From Nitrosopumilales archaeon (GTDB taxonomy: Archaea > Thermoproteota > Nitrososphaeria > Nitrososphaerales > Nitrososphaeraceae): a stretch of 50,113 bases of DNA. The DNA lies in assembly GCA_044507735.1 (NCBI GenBank), contig JBIQJB010000015.1, forward strand, positions 1 to 50,113, given 5' to 3'. The notes under the pieces were generated by a model. It worked only from the letters and a program-made list of their open reading frames with translations, was not told the origin of the DNA and searched no databases. The position numbers and the translations under genes are program-made. Numbering within the stretch: position 1 is the stretch's first letter; each line of letters opens with the position of its first letter. Below, one piece after another: positions 25,378 through 36,429 of this stretch.

Positions 25378-25995
25378 CTACAGGTTTCCGATTATTGATA
25401 TCGATAGGCCAGACAACAGTGGGACTGTGAGATTGTCGCTAATTCGCAGTGGAAGAAGTTCGACTGCTATCCCGATAGTTGCTGCTATTAGGGCTGTTGC
25501 AGGAGAAACAAAAATTGCGGCGCCAACGAACGCGCATACAAAACCTACTATGCTGCCCTCCACCGTCTTTCCACCAGTGTAAGGAATATTGTGCTTTCCA
25601 CACAACCTCCCAGCAATTGATGCAAAGCCGTCCCCTAGTGCAACAACTGTTATGGCAGCATAATTAAAGGGAGCGGGAAACACTAGAAGGGAGACTAGGA
25701 TGCCGGCGGCAAGATACAGCGGGGCTTTGACGAAGGTGTCTTGTTTTTCGCTCTCACCATTGTCACGCATGGCCATCTTTGTTACGCTTGTCAATAATGG
25801 GAGGCTGTGTCCTTTGAGGCGCAGATATTCAGAGAGGGAGTATGCTGCAGCCAAAGCCAGGACGATCGCTCCAGCAAAGTGGGCGCCTAGAACGATCGAC
25901 AAGAGTGGCACAAAAAACCCAAGAATGTGTATCGCCTTTCTGAAAAGCTCTTTTCTGATCAACCCGTATAGCTCATTGCTGCCCAAGCGTCTCAT
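25378..25995 (-). CDS. Dolichol/phytol (polyprenol) kinase family membrane protein
   Basis: ELFRKAIH, LGDGFASIAG, KTVEGS, DNLTVPL; multiple TM helices. Confidence 0.9.
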   Translation of the reverse strand: MRRLGSNELYGLIRKELFRKAIHILGFFVPLLSIVLGAHFAGAIVLALAAAYSLSEYLRLKGHSLPLLTSVTKMAMRDNGESEKQDTFVKAPLYLAAGILVSLLVFPAPFNYAAITVVALGDGFASIAGRLCGKHNIPYTGGKTVEGSIVGFVCAFVGAAIFVSPATALIAATIGIAVELLPLRISDNLTVPLLSGLSISIIGNL

Positions 25996-26115
25996 TGCAT
26001 ACTTCGATGTATTATTTAACCAGAGGGATGTAAAGCGGATGTCTATTCAAGGCATCGAGCTATCTGCAAAACTTGAACTCTCAACACCACAGGTTAGCTG
26101 CAAATATTAAACGTC

Positions 26116-28020
26116 ATGGCAAAAGCCGATTTGTTGACCGAGAGGTTTGCGTTCGATCCGGGCAGTAGCCATCCTGGTGACAACGACAGTAACGTTTCAC
26201 GCTTTATGAGAAGACATGGCATTTCAAGTTGGCGCCAGCTGGTGGAAAGGGCCAACAGCGACATTGGCTGGTACTGGGACGCGGTCAATAAGGATTTGGA
26301 AATTGAATGGTTCCAGAAATATGACAAAGTTTTTGATTCTTCTGAAGGCATCCCTTGGACAAAATGGTTTGTCAATGGCAAGTGCAACATTGTCGCAAAC
26401 GCAATTGACAGACATGCGAAAAGCCAGCCGGACAAGATAGCATATATTTTTTCAAACGAACGCGGGTCAACAAAGATCACTTATCGCGAGCTTGATGAGC
26501 ATGTGAGTCGGCTTGCCGGCGCGCTGGAGAAGGCTGGCATAAAGAAGGGCGACACGGTCGCGATCTATCTACCAATGATCCCTGAGGCATTCTATGCTAT
26601 CTTTGCATGCTCCAAGATAGGAGCCGTGCACACCACAATATTTTCCGGTTTTTCCGCGCAGGCTCTTCACTCACGTCTGGTTGACTCTAAAGCCAAGATG
26701 CTCATCACAACAGACACTATGACCAGAAGGGGTAAGGAGATCATCCTGAGGGATCAGTGGCAAAAGGCGCTGCAAGGAACAGACGTGCAGCACGTGATAA
26801 ATGTCGGCCGCGACTATGATGCATTTGTCAGGGACGCACCTAGGGCGCAAACCAGGCCGATGGATTCAGAAGATCCGCTGTTCATTCTATACACTTCTGG
26901 AACCACGGGCCAGCCGAAGGGTACGCTTCAGGTGCATGGGGGCTTTATGGTTGTGGCGGCACAACAGGCAGCCTACCTCATAGACATGAAGCCGGATGAT
27001 GTATTGTTCTGGTATGCCGACATTGGTTGGATAACGGGCCAGGTGTGGGTGGTCTATGGCAGTACTATCATCGGCGCAACCGCATTGGTATATGACGACA
27101 CGCTGGACTATCCCACTTCTGATTCATGGTGCAGGCTCATTGAGGAGCATAAGGTGACAATCTTTGGAGTGGCACCTACGGCCATCAGATCGTTTATGAA
27201 AAACAACGTGCAGGTGGAAAAGCATGATTTTTCGTCACTGAGAATGCTTGCTGCAACTGGAGAACCCATAAACTCGGAGGCATGGCAGTGGTATTTTGAA
27301 AAAGTGGGCAGAAAGAAATGTCCGGTGGTCAATCTGTCAGGAGGGACCGAAATCGGAGGAGCCATACTGAGCGTGCTCCCGGTCATGCCGCTGAAACCTT
27401 GCACTGTAGGCTGCCAGATACCCGGCTTTGATGCAGATATCTTTGACGATTCAGGAAAAAGAGTTAGCGAAGGATACCTTGTGATCAAAAAGCCATGGCC
27501 TTCGATGACACGCGGGCTTTTGAACAACCCTGACAGATTCATCAATACCTACTGGTCAAGGTACGAGAACGTCTGGTATCACGGGGACATTGTGCTTGTC
27601 GACTCCGACGGATTGTGGTACATGCGCGGCCGAGCCGACGACGTGATAAAGGTGGCCGGCCACAGGATAGGGACTGCAGAAGTTGAAGCCGCAGCCGCGT
27701 CGCACCCTGCTGTTGCAGAAGCAGTAGCAATAGGGAAGCCCGATGCAATGAAAGGAGAAGCAATAGTCATCTGTGTCGTGGTAAAGGACGGCTATAGTAA
27801 GACGGATGATGGCGATTTGAAGAAGGAAATTGTAAAAAGAGTGGAAGATTCGATAGGCAGGTTCGCCCGGCCGGAAGAGGTAAGAATAGTACCTGAGCTG
27901 CCAAAGACAAGAACGGGCAAGTTAGTGCGCAGGCTTGTGCGTGCCAGAATTGCTGGGGAAAACATGGCGGCACAGGATTTGTCTACTGTTGAAAACCCTT
28001 GGTCGCTTGAAAAAATCTAG
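26116..28020 (+). CDS. acs: AMP-forming acetate/acyl-CoA ligase
   Basis: YTSGTTGQPKG, ADIGWITG, GRADDVIKVAGHRIG, PKTRTGKLVRR. Confidence 0.9.
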   Translation: MAKADLLTERFAFDPGSSHPGDNDSNVSRFMRRHGISSWRQLVERANSDIGWYWDAVNKDLEIEWFQKYDKVFDSSEGIPWTKWFVNGKCNIVANAIDRHAKSQPDKIAYIFSNERGSTKITYRELDEHVSRLAGALEKAGIKKGDTVAIYLPMIPEAFYAIFACSKIGAVHTTIFSGFSAQALHSRLVDSKAKMLITTDTMTRRGKEIILRDQWQKALQGTDVQHVINVGRDYDAFVRDAPRAQTRPMDSEDPLFILYTSGTTGQPKGTLQVHGGFMVVAAQQAAYLIDMKPDDVLFWYADIGWITGQVWVVYGSTIIGATALVYDDTLDYPTSDSWCRLIEEHKVTIFGVAPTAIRSFMKNNVQVEKHDFSSLRMLAATGEPINSEAWQWYFEKVGRKKCPVVNLSGGTEIGGAILSVLPVMPLKPCTVGCQIPGFDADIFDDSGKRVSEGYLVIKKPWPSMTRGLLNNPDRFINTYWSRYENVWYHGDIVLVDSDGLWYMRGRADDVIKVAGHRIGTAEVEAAAASHPAVAEAVAIGKPDAMKGEAIVICVVVKDGYSKTDDGDLKKEIVKRVEDSIGRFARPEEVRIVPELPKTRTGKLVRRLVRARIAGENMAAQDLSTVENPWSLEKI

Positions 28021-28375
28021 TGCACAAGATTCTAGATATGGTCAGGGGCTCAATTAGAGCATCATTCCTCCTTGGTGGCTGAAGCTCATGGATGAGTAGG
28101 AAGCTTGCTGATCTCTCATTCTGTCGCATCATGGCCGATAGCAGCAGGCAAGATGACGCTTGTGCAATTCAGCTGATAACATTAATTCGCCTAGATCGCT
28201 CAAATCTCCATTCACTTCATCAAAGAATTTCACTATACCATTAGTTTCTTGAATATAGTAACATAACCCTGACTATTGAAACACAAGATTCTTTTCATGG
28301 CTGCGATTTCGACAAATATCTTGCTAAGAATGACCCCAACTTGTTAAATTGAGAATCGGTTTCATTCGTTCACAA

Positions 28376-29119
28376 ATGACATCTTCACAAGACGGTCGAA
28401 ATAACAAAAATAGCAAAGGCAGGAGTAGAGCAATACTTGGACTTATCGCGATTGCATTCATGTTTGTAGCAGCTTCACTAATTCCCACTATTGGAACAGC
28501 GCCAAACTATTTTGCTGCAAGCGCGCAATTGCCAGATGGGACGCAGCAGCCTTCTACCAATAACACAACAATGGCATCTCAGGATAGCCAGGGCCTAACA
28601 ACTGTGGATCCGATGGAGAAAGCAAAAGAGGCTTCAGGAGCGGTCATTGGAGTCTTGATATTCTATGAGAGGGCCATAGGTGCTACAGGCATCGACGTGG
28701 CCAGAATCACAGATCCAAATGTAGTCATCGCAGACGTAACAATATCGGAGATCCCCCTTGGACGAGTGCGGGAACTATTGGCACAAAACGATACCGGCCG
28801 CATAATCGATAACGCCACACAAGGAATCTTGCAAGGAGATATCAACGCTACTGGCACCAATATAGTAAGTCCAGCTGACTATTTAGTCGCCCGAGCTCTT
28901 GCAGCAAAGGCAATAGAGTCGTTCTCAGAAGCGAGCTCTGGAGCCGCAACAGCAGACCCCTCAGCATTGCAGAAGCTTGCAGAAACGCAACAGCATCTAA
29001 TCGCCCTATTGAGCATAGTCGACGAGAGGGCTCCATACAACTTGGCAGAGGACAGCGCCGCTACTATCAACAGCAATATTGAGCAGATATTTGGCGTTAC
29101 TGCAGGAGAAATCAGATAG
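28376..29119 (+). CDS. Secreted or membrane-anchored hypothetical protein
   Basis: Basic N-terminus then hydrophobic ILGLIAIAFMFVAASLI; ATG 28376 chosen as start. Confidence 0.75.
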   Translation: MTSSQDGRNNKNSKGRSRAILGLIAIAFMFVAASLIPTIGTAPNYFAASAQLPDGTQQPSTNNTTMASQDSQGLTTVDPMEKAKEASGAVIGVLIFYERAIGATGIDVARITDPNVVIADVTISEIPLGRVRELLAQNDTGRIIDNATQGILQGDINATGTNIVSPADYLVARALAAKAIESFSEASSGAATADPSALQKLAETQQHLIALLSIVDERAPYNLAEDSAATINSNIEQIFGVTAGEIR

Positions 29120-29762
29120 AAAAAAAGAGGCAAATAGCAATAGAGTCACACAGAATCCTTTCTTTCTTTCTTTTTGTTTGATTCTCCTAACGCATCTTTG
29201 ACGAGAAAACCGGAACCTTCAAGGTAGATCGAAATCTTGTCGTTTGGCATGGCGTCAGGCCTTTCTTTTGAATGCTGTGCGCAGTATGTGTTGCTCGTGC
29301 GCCAGCAAATTCCGATGGCCAGCCAACAAATCTGTTAAAAAAGGTAAGGACATGGCGGAAGTAGCTATAGGGAGTGGGCGACACACTTGCCTCTATCCAA
29401 GTTTTTCCCTTTGCACAGCTGTACATCTCCATGGCTTTTCTGTGGTGCACATACGTGGACAGCAGAAATCCAAGCAACAATCATCTTGTCACGAGCAGAT
29501 TCTTGATCTGTTATTTAGCAGTGGAAGTAGCCAAAGTGATGAAATGGCGAACTGGCAGTCTTTGAGATCCGCCGGTTTGCAGCAGCCTGCTCTTGTCATA
29601 CCGCTATCAGCCAAAATGCAACAAAAGTTAGTGGCTTACGCAATAGAAATCTAACAATTACCTTATATTTATATCGCTAGCGATACGGTCAACATATTGT
29701 ACGCCTCACAACATGTCAGGATACCTTTATTTTGTCAAACCCAGTGACTAGCGCATGCACCT

Positions 29763-32240
29763 ATGTACACCCACGACGAGGAACAAGACCACCGGAAGAA
29801 ATTCGAGCTACCAGGCAGCAAGCCACACTACCCACCGTCATTATCATTCACGATAACTCACATGCGCCTTGCGATCGAACCCGATTTGCGGGAACGCTCG
29901 ATCAGCTGCGATCAAAAATTATCGATCACAATCATTCAGGATACTGACACCATAGAGCTGGACGCAGCAGAATTGCAAATAAAGTCAGTGTCTGCCGGTG
30001 ACAAGCTGAGCTTCCGCAGCCTTGATGACAAGCTCATCATAAAGCTTGGAAGAGCGATGAAAGAGGGCAGCAAGATTGAGCTTGCTATTGCATATACGGC
30101 CAAGCCGCGGCAAGGCTTCTATTTCGTCGCGCCAGACAAGCATTATCCTAACAAGCGCTTCGAGGCGTGGACTCAGGGTGAAACAACACAGGCAAGGTAC
30201 TGGTTCCCTTGTATTGATCATCCGCAGGTGAAATTTTCAAGCGAGCTTTCAGTCACAGTCCAGCAAGACTCTATTGCGATTTCAAATGGCAGTCTTTTGA
30301 GGGTGGAACGGAAGGGCAAAAGGCAGGTCTACCATTTCTCAGAACCAAATCCGCATCCAGCCTACCTAACTTCCGTGGTAGTGGGCAAGTATGCCGAGAT
30401 CAAGGACGATAACAATAGCCTGCTGCAGTATTATGTGCCGGCCGAAAGAAGACACGATGCAGCAAGGTCATTTGACCAGACGCACAAGATGATCAAGTTC
30501 TTTGAAGAATATCTTGGCACAAAATACCCGTACGAAAAATACTCACAGGTCGCGGTGCAGGATTTCATCTACGGCGGCATGGAAAATTCCAGTTGCACTA
30601 CGTTGACACTTGACACGCTGCACGACGAAAAAGCACATCTGGACTTTACTAGCGACTACCTCGTATCGCATGAGCTTGCTCATCAGTGGTTCGGTGATTT
30701 GGTGACGTGTCGGGACTGGCAGCACATCTGGCTCAACGAAGGCTTTGCCACCTATTGCGAGGCGCTTTACTGGGAAGCAAGTAGAGGATATGACGAGTTC
30801 CAGTATTACATCATGCAAACTGCAGACGACTATTTTGAGGAGGCCGGCACGAGATACATGCGACCCATAGTCACAAAGGTGTACAAGCACCCTGACGACC
30901 TCTTTGACAGACACACTTACGAAAAGGGCGGGTGTGTGCTACACATGCTTCGCCACCATGTTGGCGACAAGTATTTCCGGAGGTCGCTGAAGACTTATCT
31001 GGAACGCTTTGCCAACGGCACCGCCGAGACTGATGACCTGCGCAAGATATTCGAGCTTGAAACGGGCAAGAGCCTTCAGCAATTCTTCGACCAGTGGCTC
31101 TTCAGGGAAGGCCACCCGGACCTGAAGGTGAGCTTTTCACAGAACCGGGACATGGCCAAGATAGATGTGGAGCAGGCACAGGCAGGAGAGCCCTTTGACT
31201 TTTCGCTTGAAGTAAAGCTGGCGTTTGGAGGAACGAAAAAGACGTATACTTTCAGGATCTCAGAAAGACAGGGCTCATTCCAGATTCCTGTTGAGGGAGA
31301 AGTGGAATGGTTCTCTGTTGATCCGCACTTCAAGATCCTAAAGACATTGTCAATAAAGGCGCCTGCTGAGATGCTGATCAGGCAGTTATTTGAGGGCGAG
31401 ACCGTAATCGAGCGCGTTGAAGCAGCGCGGTCGCTCAAGGACAAGTCTTCCGATCCTGTCATTGAAGCGCTGAAAAAGGCAGTGCTGGAAGAAAAGTTCT
31501 GGGGAGTGGCCGCCGAAGCTGCAAAGACGCTGGGCTCCATCAAGACAGATTATGCCTATGAAGCGCTGAAAAAGTGTCTGTCTGTAAAGCATCCAAAGGT
31601 AAGGCGCGCGGTAGTAAGGGCCTTGGGCGAATTCCGCAAGGAAGAGACACTCGACCTCCTAGTGCCTCTGTTGCACAAAGATGAAAGCTATTTTGTCGAG
31701 TCAGAGGCGGCCACTGCAATTGGTAGGACAAGGAGCGAGAAGGCGATACCACTATTGAAAAAGGCCACGGTCAGGGAAAGCTTCCAGAATATAGTGGCGC
31801 AGGGCGCGATCGCTGGACTCAAAGAGTTCTCAGGGGATAAGGACATCGCCAATTTCCTTGTGGAAAGGAGCAAGTACGGCAACCACCACAGGATAAGAGA
31901 GGCGGCTACTTTTGCGCTCGGCAAGTTTACAGACAGCCAGCAGGTTGTTGATCATCTGAAGTCACTGCTGACAGACAGGTGGTTTAGAGTACGCATCAAT
32001 GCATGTAGGGCGCTTGCAGACGCGGAGCTGGTAAAAGCGATCCCCGATCTCTCACGGGTGGCTGAGCGCGACCTTGACCACAGGGTAAGGAGGGTGGCAG
32101 AAGAGTGCATCAATGTAATCAAGGACGCAACAAGGAAGCCAAAGGAAGTTGCCCAGATAAGAGAGGAGCTTGACAGAGTCAAGTCAAAGAATCTAGAACT
32201 CTTGCAAAAAGTCGATAGGCTAGAACGCGAGCTACGCTAG
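29763..32240 (+). CDS. pepN: M1 family aminopeptidase with C-terminal HEAT repeats and coiled coil
   Basis: GGMEN, HELAHQWFG..WLNEGFA, YEKG; HEAT-like repeats after ~aa 540. Confidence 0.95.
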   Translation: MYTHDEEQDHRKKFELPGSKPHYPPSLSFTITHMRLAIEPDLRERSISCDQKLSITIIQDTDTIELDAAELQIKSVSAGDKLSFRSLDDKLIIKLGRAMKEGSKIELAIAYTAKPRQGFYFVAPDKHYPNKRFEAWTQGETTQARYWFPCIDHPQVKFSSELSVTVQQDSIAISNGSLLRVERKGKRQVYHFSEPNPHPAYLTSVVVGKYAEIKDDNNSLLQYYVPAERRHDAARSFDQTHKMIKFFEEYLGTKYPYEKYSQVAVQDFIYGGMENSSCTTLTLDTLHDEKAHLDFTSDYLVSHELAHQWFGDLVTCRDWQHIWLNEGFATYCEALYWEASRGYDEFQYYIMQTADDYFEEAGTRYMRPIVTKVYKHPDDLFDRHTYEKGGCVLHMLRHHVGDKYFRRSLKTYLERFANGTAETDDLRKIFELETGKSLQQFFDQWLFREGHPDLKVSFSQNRDMAKIDVEQAQAGEPFDFSLEVKLAFGGTKKTYTFRISERQGSFQIPVEGEVEWFSVDPHFKILKTLSIKAPAEMLIRQLFEGETVIERVEAARSLKDKSSDPVIEALKKAVLEEKFWGVAAEAAKTLGSIKTDYAYEALKKCLSVKHPKVRRAVVRALGEFRKEETLDLLVPLLHKDESYFVESEAATAIGRTRSEKAIPLLKKATVRESFQNIVAQGAIAGLKEFSGDKDIANFLVERSKYGNHHRIREAATFALGKFTDSQQVVDHLKSLLTDRWFRVRINACRALADAELVKAIPDLSRVAERDLDHRVRRVAEECINVIKDATRKPKEVAQIREELDRVKSKNLELLQKVDRLERELR

Positions 32241-33023
32241 CAAAAAGTCGCGGACCATCCTGTTGAACGGCTCCGGCTTCTCCGCATGGGGCCGGTGGCC
32301 GCAATCTTCAAGAAGCACCATACGGCAATTCCTCATCCTTACAAAGGGCCATGCAAATTCAACAGGGATCATGATGTCTTCCTTACCCCAGATAAGCAGT
32401 GTGTGGACTTTGATCTTTTGCATTCGTCTGTACGTCAGCCGGGGGGCCCGCGCGCTACCTCGCAACGCAGATAGAAACGAATGTTTTGCGCCGGGCATAG
32501 AGAACTTCTCAAGCACCGTTCTTGCGTACGAATTGTCAACTGGCTTCTTATCCACGGCATAAAGCGTCTCTTTTACCTCCCGCACCGATTTTGCGTCAAG
32601 TACCTTGACATACTTTCGCAGCGCTGGCGACCCTTTGAACGAGCGCGGGGGCGTGCCTGCAGGGCTCATCAGAATGAGCTTTTCCACAAGCGCGGAATGG
32701 CTCATTGCTACTTCGGCTGCGATGTGGCCGCCAAGCGATGACCCGACTATAGATATCTTGTCAACCTGTAGTTGCTCTAGGAAATCAACAATAAAATCGC
32801 GGTAAAACTTTATCGTATAGTTGATTTTAGGCTTGTCGCTCTGCCCAAACCCTGGCAGATCTATTGCGATCACCCGCAAAGTCTTTGCAAGTTCCTCGAT
32901 ATTGTTTGTCCAGCTCTCGATAGAGCCGCCAAGCCCGTGGATTAGGAGTACAGGAGGACCACTTCCAAGATCAGCATAACGGACGCGTATGTCGCCAACA
33001 TTGCGTGTGTGTAAATAGTCCAA
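32232..33023 (-). CDS. Alpha/beta fold hydrolase
   Basis: LLIHGLGG, DLPGFGQS, GSSLGG nucleophile elbow, WGKED, CGHRPH. Confidence 0.93.
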   Translation of the reverse strand: MDYLHTRNVGDIRVRYADLGSGPPVLLIHGLGGSIESWTNNIEELAKTLRVIAIDLPGFGQSDKPKINYTIKFYRDFIVDFLEQLQVDKISIVGSSLGGHIAAEVAMSHSALVEKLILMSPAGTPPRSFKGSPALRKYVKVLDAKSVREVKETLYAVDKKPVDNSYARTVLEKFSMPGAKHSFLSALRGSARAPRLTYRRMQKIKVHTLLIWGKEDIMIPVEFAWPFVRMRNCRMVLLEDCGHRPHAEKPEPFNRMVRDFLLA

Positions 33024-33030
33024 TTAGTGA

Positions 33031-33912
33031 CTAACGCGAACGCACATGTTTTCCTGTAAATACCTTGCTATAGAGGAGGAACTGCTCCTCGTCCTTCGTC
33101 ATGTGCTTTTCGATGTATGAGGTCATCTGTTTGCTGTCGTAGCAGATTAGCTGGAGCTGCTCAAATCCGTCGTTCACATAGATGTCTGTTGCAAACGAGA
33201 AAAGCTGCCTGAGCGCGGGCGTTGATTCTGAATCAAGGTACACCATCTGCAAGATCTTTTTCCTATCCCAGTAACCATGTCTGTTTATTATCGCGATTCC
33301 GCTTATTGGTGAGCCTGCCACGATCACGCTCTTTTTCTTGACAAAGTCTCGGAGCGCCTTTCTGTCAAGAGGGTACCAGTGCCATGACCTGACGTACTTC
33401 CTTGCAGATAATTGGTAGACCTTGGACTTTTCGAGATATGTCCAGATTTCCCCAACATCGCTTGCAATGGCAAGTCGGGCAGTAGTGGATTTTGTTGTAC
33501 TGGTAGGCTTTTCATGTGTGACATAGTATGCCCATCTCGATATCACCTGAAAGCCATTACTTTCGAGCATCCGTTGCGAAGGAACATTTGTCACGTCGAC
33601 AATGGCGGATGCCTGAACCGCTCCTTTTTTCAGGCCATACTCTAACATCTTTTCTAAAAGACGCGTTGCAATTTTAGAGCGGCGATAGTCCGGATGAACC
33701 CTCACCCCTTCGAGCCACACAGTCTTCTCATCCGGGCATACCGCCACGTGCGACATGGCAATGCTCCTTCCCTCGTCCTCGACAACATAGAGCCTGCCGG
33801 TCCGATACCAATAATCCCATACCCTGTCTATATAGTCCCCCCAGCTAAACGTGTTCACACAAAAGCTGAGGATCTTCTCCTTATCCGATTTCTTGGCTGT
33901 TCTTATCTTCAA
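33031..33912 (-). CDS. GNAT family N-acetyltransferase
   Basis: WGDYI, WLEGVRVHPDYRRSKIA, N..SQRMLESNGF. Confidence 0.9.
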   Translation of the reverse strand: MKIRTAKKSDKEKILSFCVNTFSWGDYIDRVWDYWYRTGRLYVVEDEGRSIAMSHVAVCPDEKTVWLEGVRVHPDYRRSKIATRLLEKMLEYGLKKGAVQASAIVDVTNVPSQRMLESNGFQVISRWAYYVTHEKPTSTTKSTTARLAIASDVGEIWTYLEKSKVYQLSARKYVRSWHWYPLDRKALRDFVKKKSVIVAGSPISGIAIINRHGYWDRKKILQMVYLDSESTPALRQLFSFATDIYVNDGFEQLQLICYDSKQMTSYIEKHMTKDEEQFLLYSKVFTGKHVRSR

Positions 33913-34589
33913 TTTCCAGTCGTGGCGGCTTCTTCCATCTCTTTCATCAGCGTTGCGACGAACTGCTTGACTTGGCCGATAAAGTCAAGCGAAGCGGCAA
34001 GCGAGTCGGTTTCGTTGAATATCGTCACAACATAAGAATGGGTGTCAAATTGGCTGATCCTCATATCGTTCCAGAACTTGTGTGACAGCTCACCCCCGGT
34101 TTTTGACGTCAGCTGAATTGCGTCCATGGGGTTCTTGTGTCCGACGTACTTGCCGGCCAGTGAAGGTATACCGTCGATGCTGTCAAGTCTAGTCAGGATG
34201 CGATGAATGTTGCTGCTCCCCGTAACTATGGCGTGAAATACCACCCTCACCGCGTAAATGTCGTTTTCAATGTTGGTATTTAGGTGCTGCCTGAGCGCGG
34301 CCGCTACATAGTGAAGGCAAGATATCGTCTCCTGATCGGGATTTCGTAGAACGTTTGGGTAGCTCATTATCTGCAAAATTCTAAAGGGTAGGACATTTGA
34401 TTGCACAGGTGCGATCCGAAAGCCCTGTCGGAAAAACGAAGACGTGTCTTGCATAGGGTGATTTCCCTGCTGCTGCATTCGGCTTGTAGTAAAGCCTTCT
34501 GACTCGCTGAATGCGACGTTCAACTTGTCCACGTCAAGAGGCTCCCTGAAATAGAGCTGCACGTTGAACTGGGTGATGTGAACTTGCAC
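33909..34589 (-). CDS. Hypothetical protein
   Basis: 226-aa ORF closely coupled to both neighbours (2-nt gap and 4-nt overlap). Confidence 0.75.
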   Translation of the reverse strand: MQVHITQFNVQLYFREPLDVDKLNVAFSESEGFTTSRMQQQGNHPMQDTSSFFRQGFRIAPVQSNVLPFRILQIMSYPNVLRNPDQETISCLHYVAAALRQHLNTNIENDIYAVRVVFHAIVTGSSNIHRILTRLDSIDGIPSLAGKYVGHKNPMDAIQLTSKTGGELSHKFWNDMRISQFDTHSYVVTIFNETDSLAASLDFIGQVKQFVATLMKEMEEAATTGN

Positions 34590-34591
34590 CT

Positions 34592-35143
34592 CTACTTGCT
34601 CACTGCCTTTGCAGATGATTCAGGGTCTGCAGGAATTATTGTAAGCCAGGGCTTTAGCAGGTCTGGGTTGATTTTGACAAGCTCGACTCCAGCGTCCTTC
34701 AGTAGCTGTGTGCCATCCTCTGGATAGTCCGCCACTACTACTATTCTCTTGATGCCGACACTGATGGCCATCTTGCTGCATTCAACGCAGGGCGCAAAAG
34801 TAGAATACAGCGTCGCTCCCTTGGTACTGCCTGCGTTTCCGAATAGAGCGCATTGCATTATCGCATTTGCCTCCGCATGCGTGCATAGGCATCTGTCGAG
34901 GCCTTCGCCCGACTTGACCTCGCCTTTCATACGAGCGGTGCAGCGAGGGCAGCCGCCTTCAAAGCAGTTCTTTATCCCAGGAGGAGTGCCATTGTAGCCG
35001 GTCGCTATCTGCCGGTTGTCTTTGACAATAACTGCACCAATATGTCGGGTGAGGCAGTTTGAGCGGAGCTTGGCGATCTCTGCTTGTAACATGAAATAGG
35101 TGTCCCAGTCAGGCCTCTGCATATTCCCCTTAGCAGTTACCAC
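34592..35143 (-). CDS. dCMP deaminase family protein
   Basis: RPDWDTYFM, ATGYNGTP, HAEANAI, PCVECSK. Confidence 0.93.
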   Translation of the reverse strand: MVTAKGNMQRPDWDTYFMLQAEIAKLRSNCLTRHIGAVIVKDNRQIATGYNGTPPGIKNCFEGGCPRCTARMKGEVKSGEGLDRCLCTHAEANAIMQCALFGNAGSTKGATLYSTFAPCVECSKMAISVGIKRIVVVADYPEDGTQLLKDAGVELVKINPDLLKPWLTIIPADPESSAKAVSK

Positions 35144-35158
35144 GATTGCTATAAAATG

Positions 35159-35422
35159 TTAGCTGGCAGGAGTACCTTTCTCAAGCACTCCTCCTGCCTT
35201 GTCCTTCTTGCGCGTCCGGTCTCCAGTCTTTTTGTTCATGCTCTCCACGGTGCCAAGCGCAAATACATAGCGGATGCCTTCGGCCTTCATCTCTGGAGAA
35301 AGCATACTATTCATCTTGTCCACATCACTCCGGACATAGCTTTCTTCGTGTTTGTTGGTACGGGCTACTACATACATGAACGATTCGCCTTTATACTTGT
35401 GGATTTCAAAGACCTGGCCCAT
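35159..35422 (-). CDS. Small hypothetical protein
   Basis: MGQVFEIHKYKGESFMYVVAR..; start uncertain, track ORF extends to 35530. Confidence 0.55.
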   Translation of the reverse strand: MGQVFEIHKYKGESFMYVVARTNKHEESYVRSDVDKMNSMLSPEMKAEGIRYVFALGTVESMNKKTGDRTRKKDKAGGVLEKGTPAS

Positions 35423-35802
35423 GAGGTACTTTTGTCCACCAAGAGGTAATTTCTTGCGGTCAAGAAAAGTTAGTACAAGGCCAGATTTTTTACAGACTAG
35501 GAGTGATGCAGCGCTGCAAAGAGGTCTCACAATGCTCTAGCAGGCAAGCCTGCAGCCTTTACAGTGGAGCGATTATTTGCTGGTGATATGATGATGACTC
35601 TTTCAAAGCTTTATGCGGTCCGTTGTGTATAGACAAACATATGCACAGACGCGCTGCAAGAAACGCGCCGGGAACACATCTTTAGAGGCTGAAGGATTTT
35701 GGATAGATTCAAGCCTTCACCTTCAGCTACAACTTCACTACAAAATTCCACAAGCAGTTGTCTGTTGGAGAAAGCGACAATAAGCAGAGATCCATCTCTG
35801 GC

Positions 35803-35937
35803 CTACTTGTTCAGATCTCCGCCGCCCTTTGTAGACTCGACCTCGAGCTCCTGCATTTCCTTGTCAAGTCTTGAGTTAACCTTGGTAACGGGCTTGAGCG
35901 TCTCTTCGGTGATCCTGTCCTTTTTTTCCTTCTTCAT
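35803..35937 (-). CDS. Small charged hypothetical protein (44 aa)
   Basis: Below track cutoff: MKKEKKDRITEETLKPVTKVNSRLDKEMQELEVESTKGGGDLNK; co-oriented, 26 nt after the upstream gene. Confidence 0.5.
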   Translation of the reverse strand: MKKEKKDRITEETLKPVTKVNSRLDKEMQELEVESTKGGGDLNK

Positions 35938-35963
35938 GCAGCAGCATATTATGGCTTTCAAAG

Positions 35964-36269
35964 TTAAAGAACGTACATCATGCCCCCTGAAACAAGTGTG
36001 ACAAATTCTACGCCTGCAAGCTCTTTTACCCTTGCCACTATGGCGTTGAGCCAGAGGCTATCTACGCCTTGGCTCCACATAGTCACTTTCTTGTAGTGCC
36101 GCTGGGTGCCGTGGAAGAAACCTACGCAGTCTTCTACTGTGCTGTTGGCGTATTTCTGGGCCACCTCGTCGATCACTGCCTCTGCCTCTGACGGGAGATA
36201 AAGGATCGTAAGTGTAGGGAAAGGTATTGATGCAGCCGGGGATGAGGAGGAAGAGGTGTCTTCGGACAT
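35964..36269 (-). CDS. Hypothetical protein
   Basis: 101-aa ORF, ATG start, protein-like composition. Confidence 0.7.
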   Translation of the reverse strand: MSEDTSSSSSPAASIPFPTLTILYLPSEAEAVIDEVAQKYANSTVEDCVGFFHGTQRHYKKVTMWSQGVDSLWLNAIVARVKELAGVEFVTLVSGGMMYVL

Positions 36270-36429
36270 TCACTCTGTTAATGAGCGGCGATTATATCAT
36301 GATTTCGAAGCGGCACTTTATGTAATCTTGATATGGTACTGTATTATCTAACTTGCTTTCGAAGAGATGTTATTCAAAATACAGAACAACTCGTTAAATT
36401 CCTTTTGTTGGCACTCTGTTTGAGTAGGA

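Noticed and set aside
29187-29654. Overlapping 63-136 aa ORFs between the secreted protein and pepN
   Set aside because: No recognisable motif or consistent coding signal; possibly decayed sequence.
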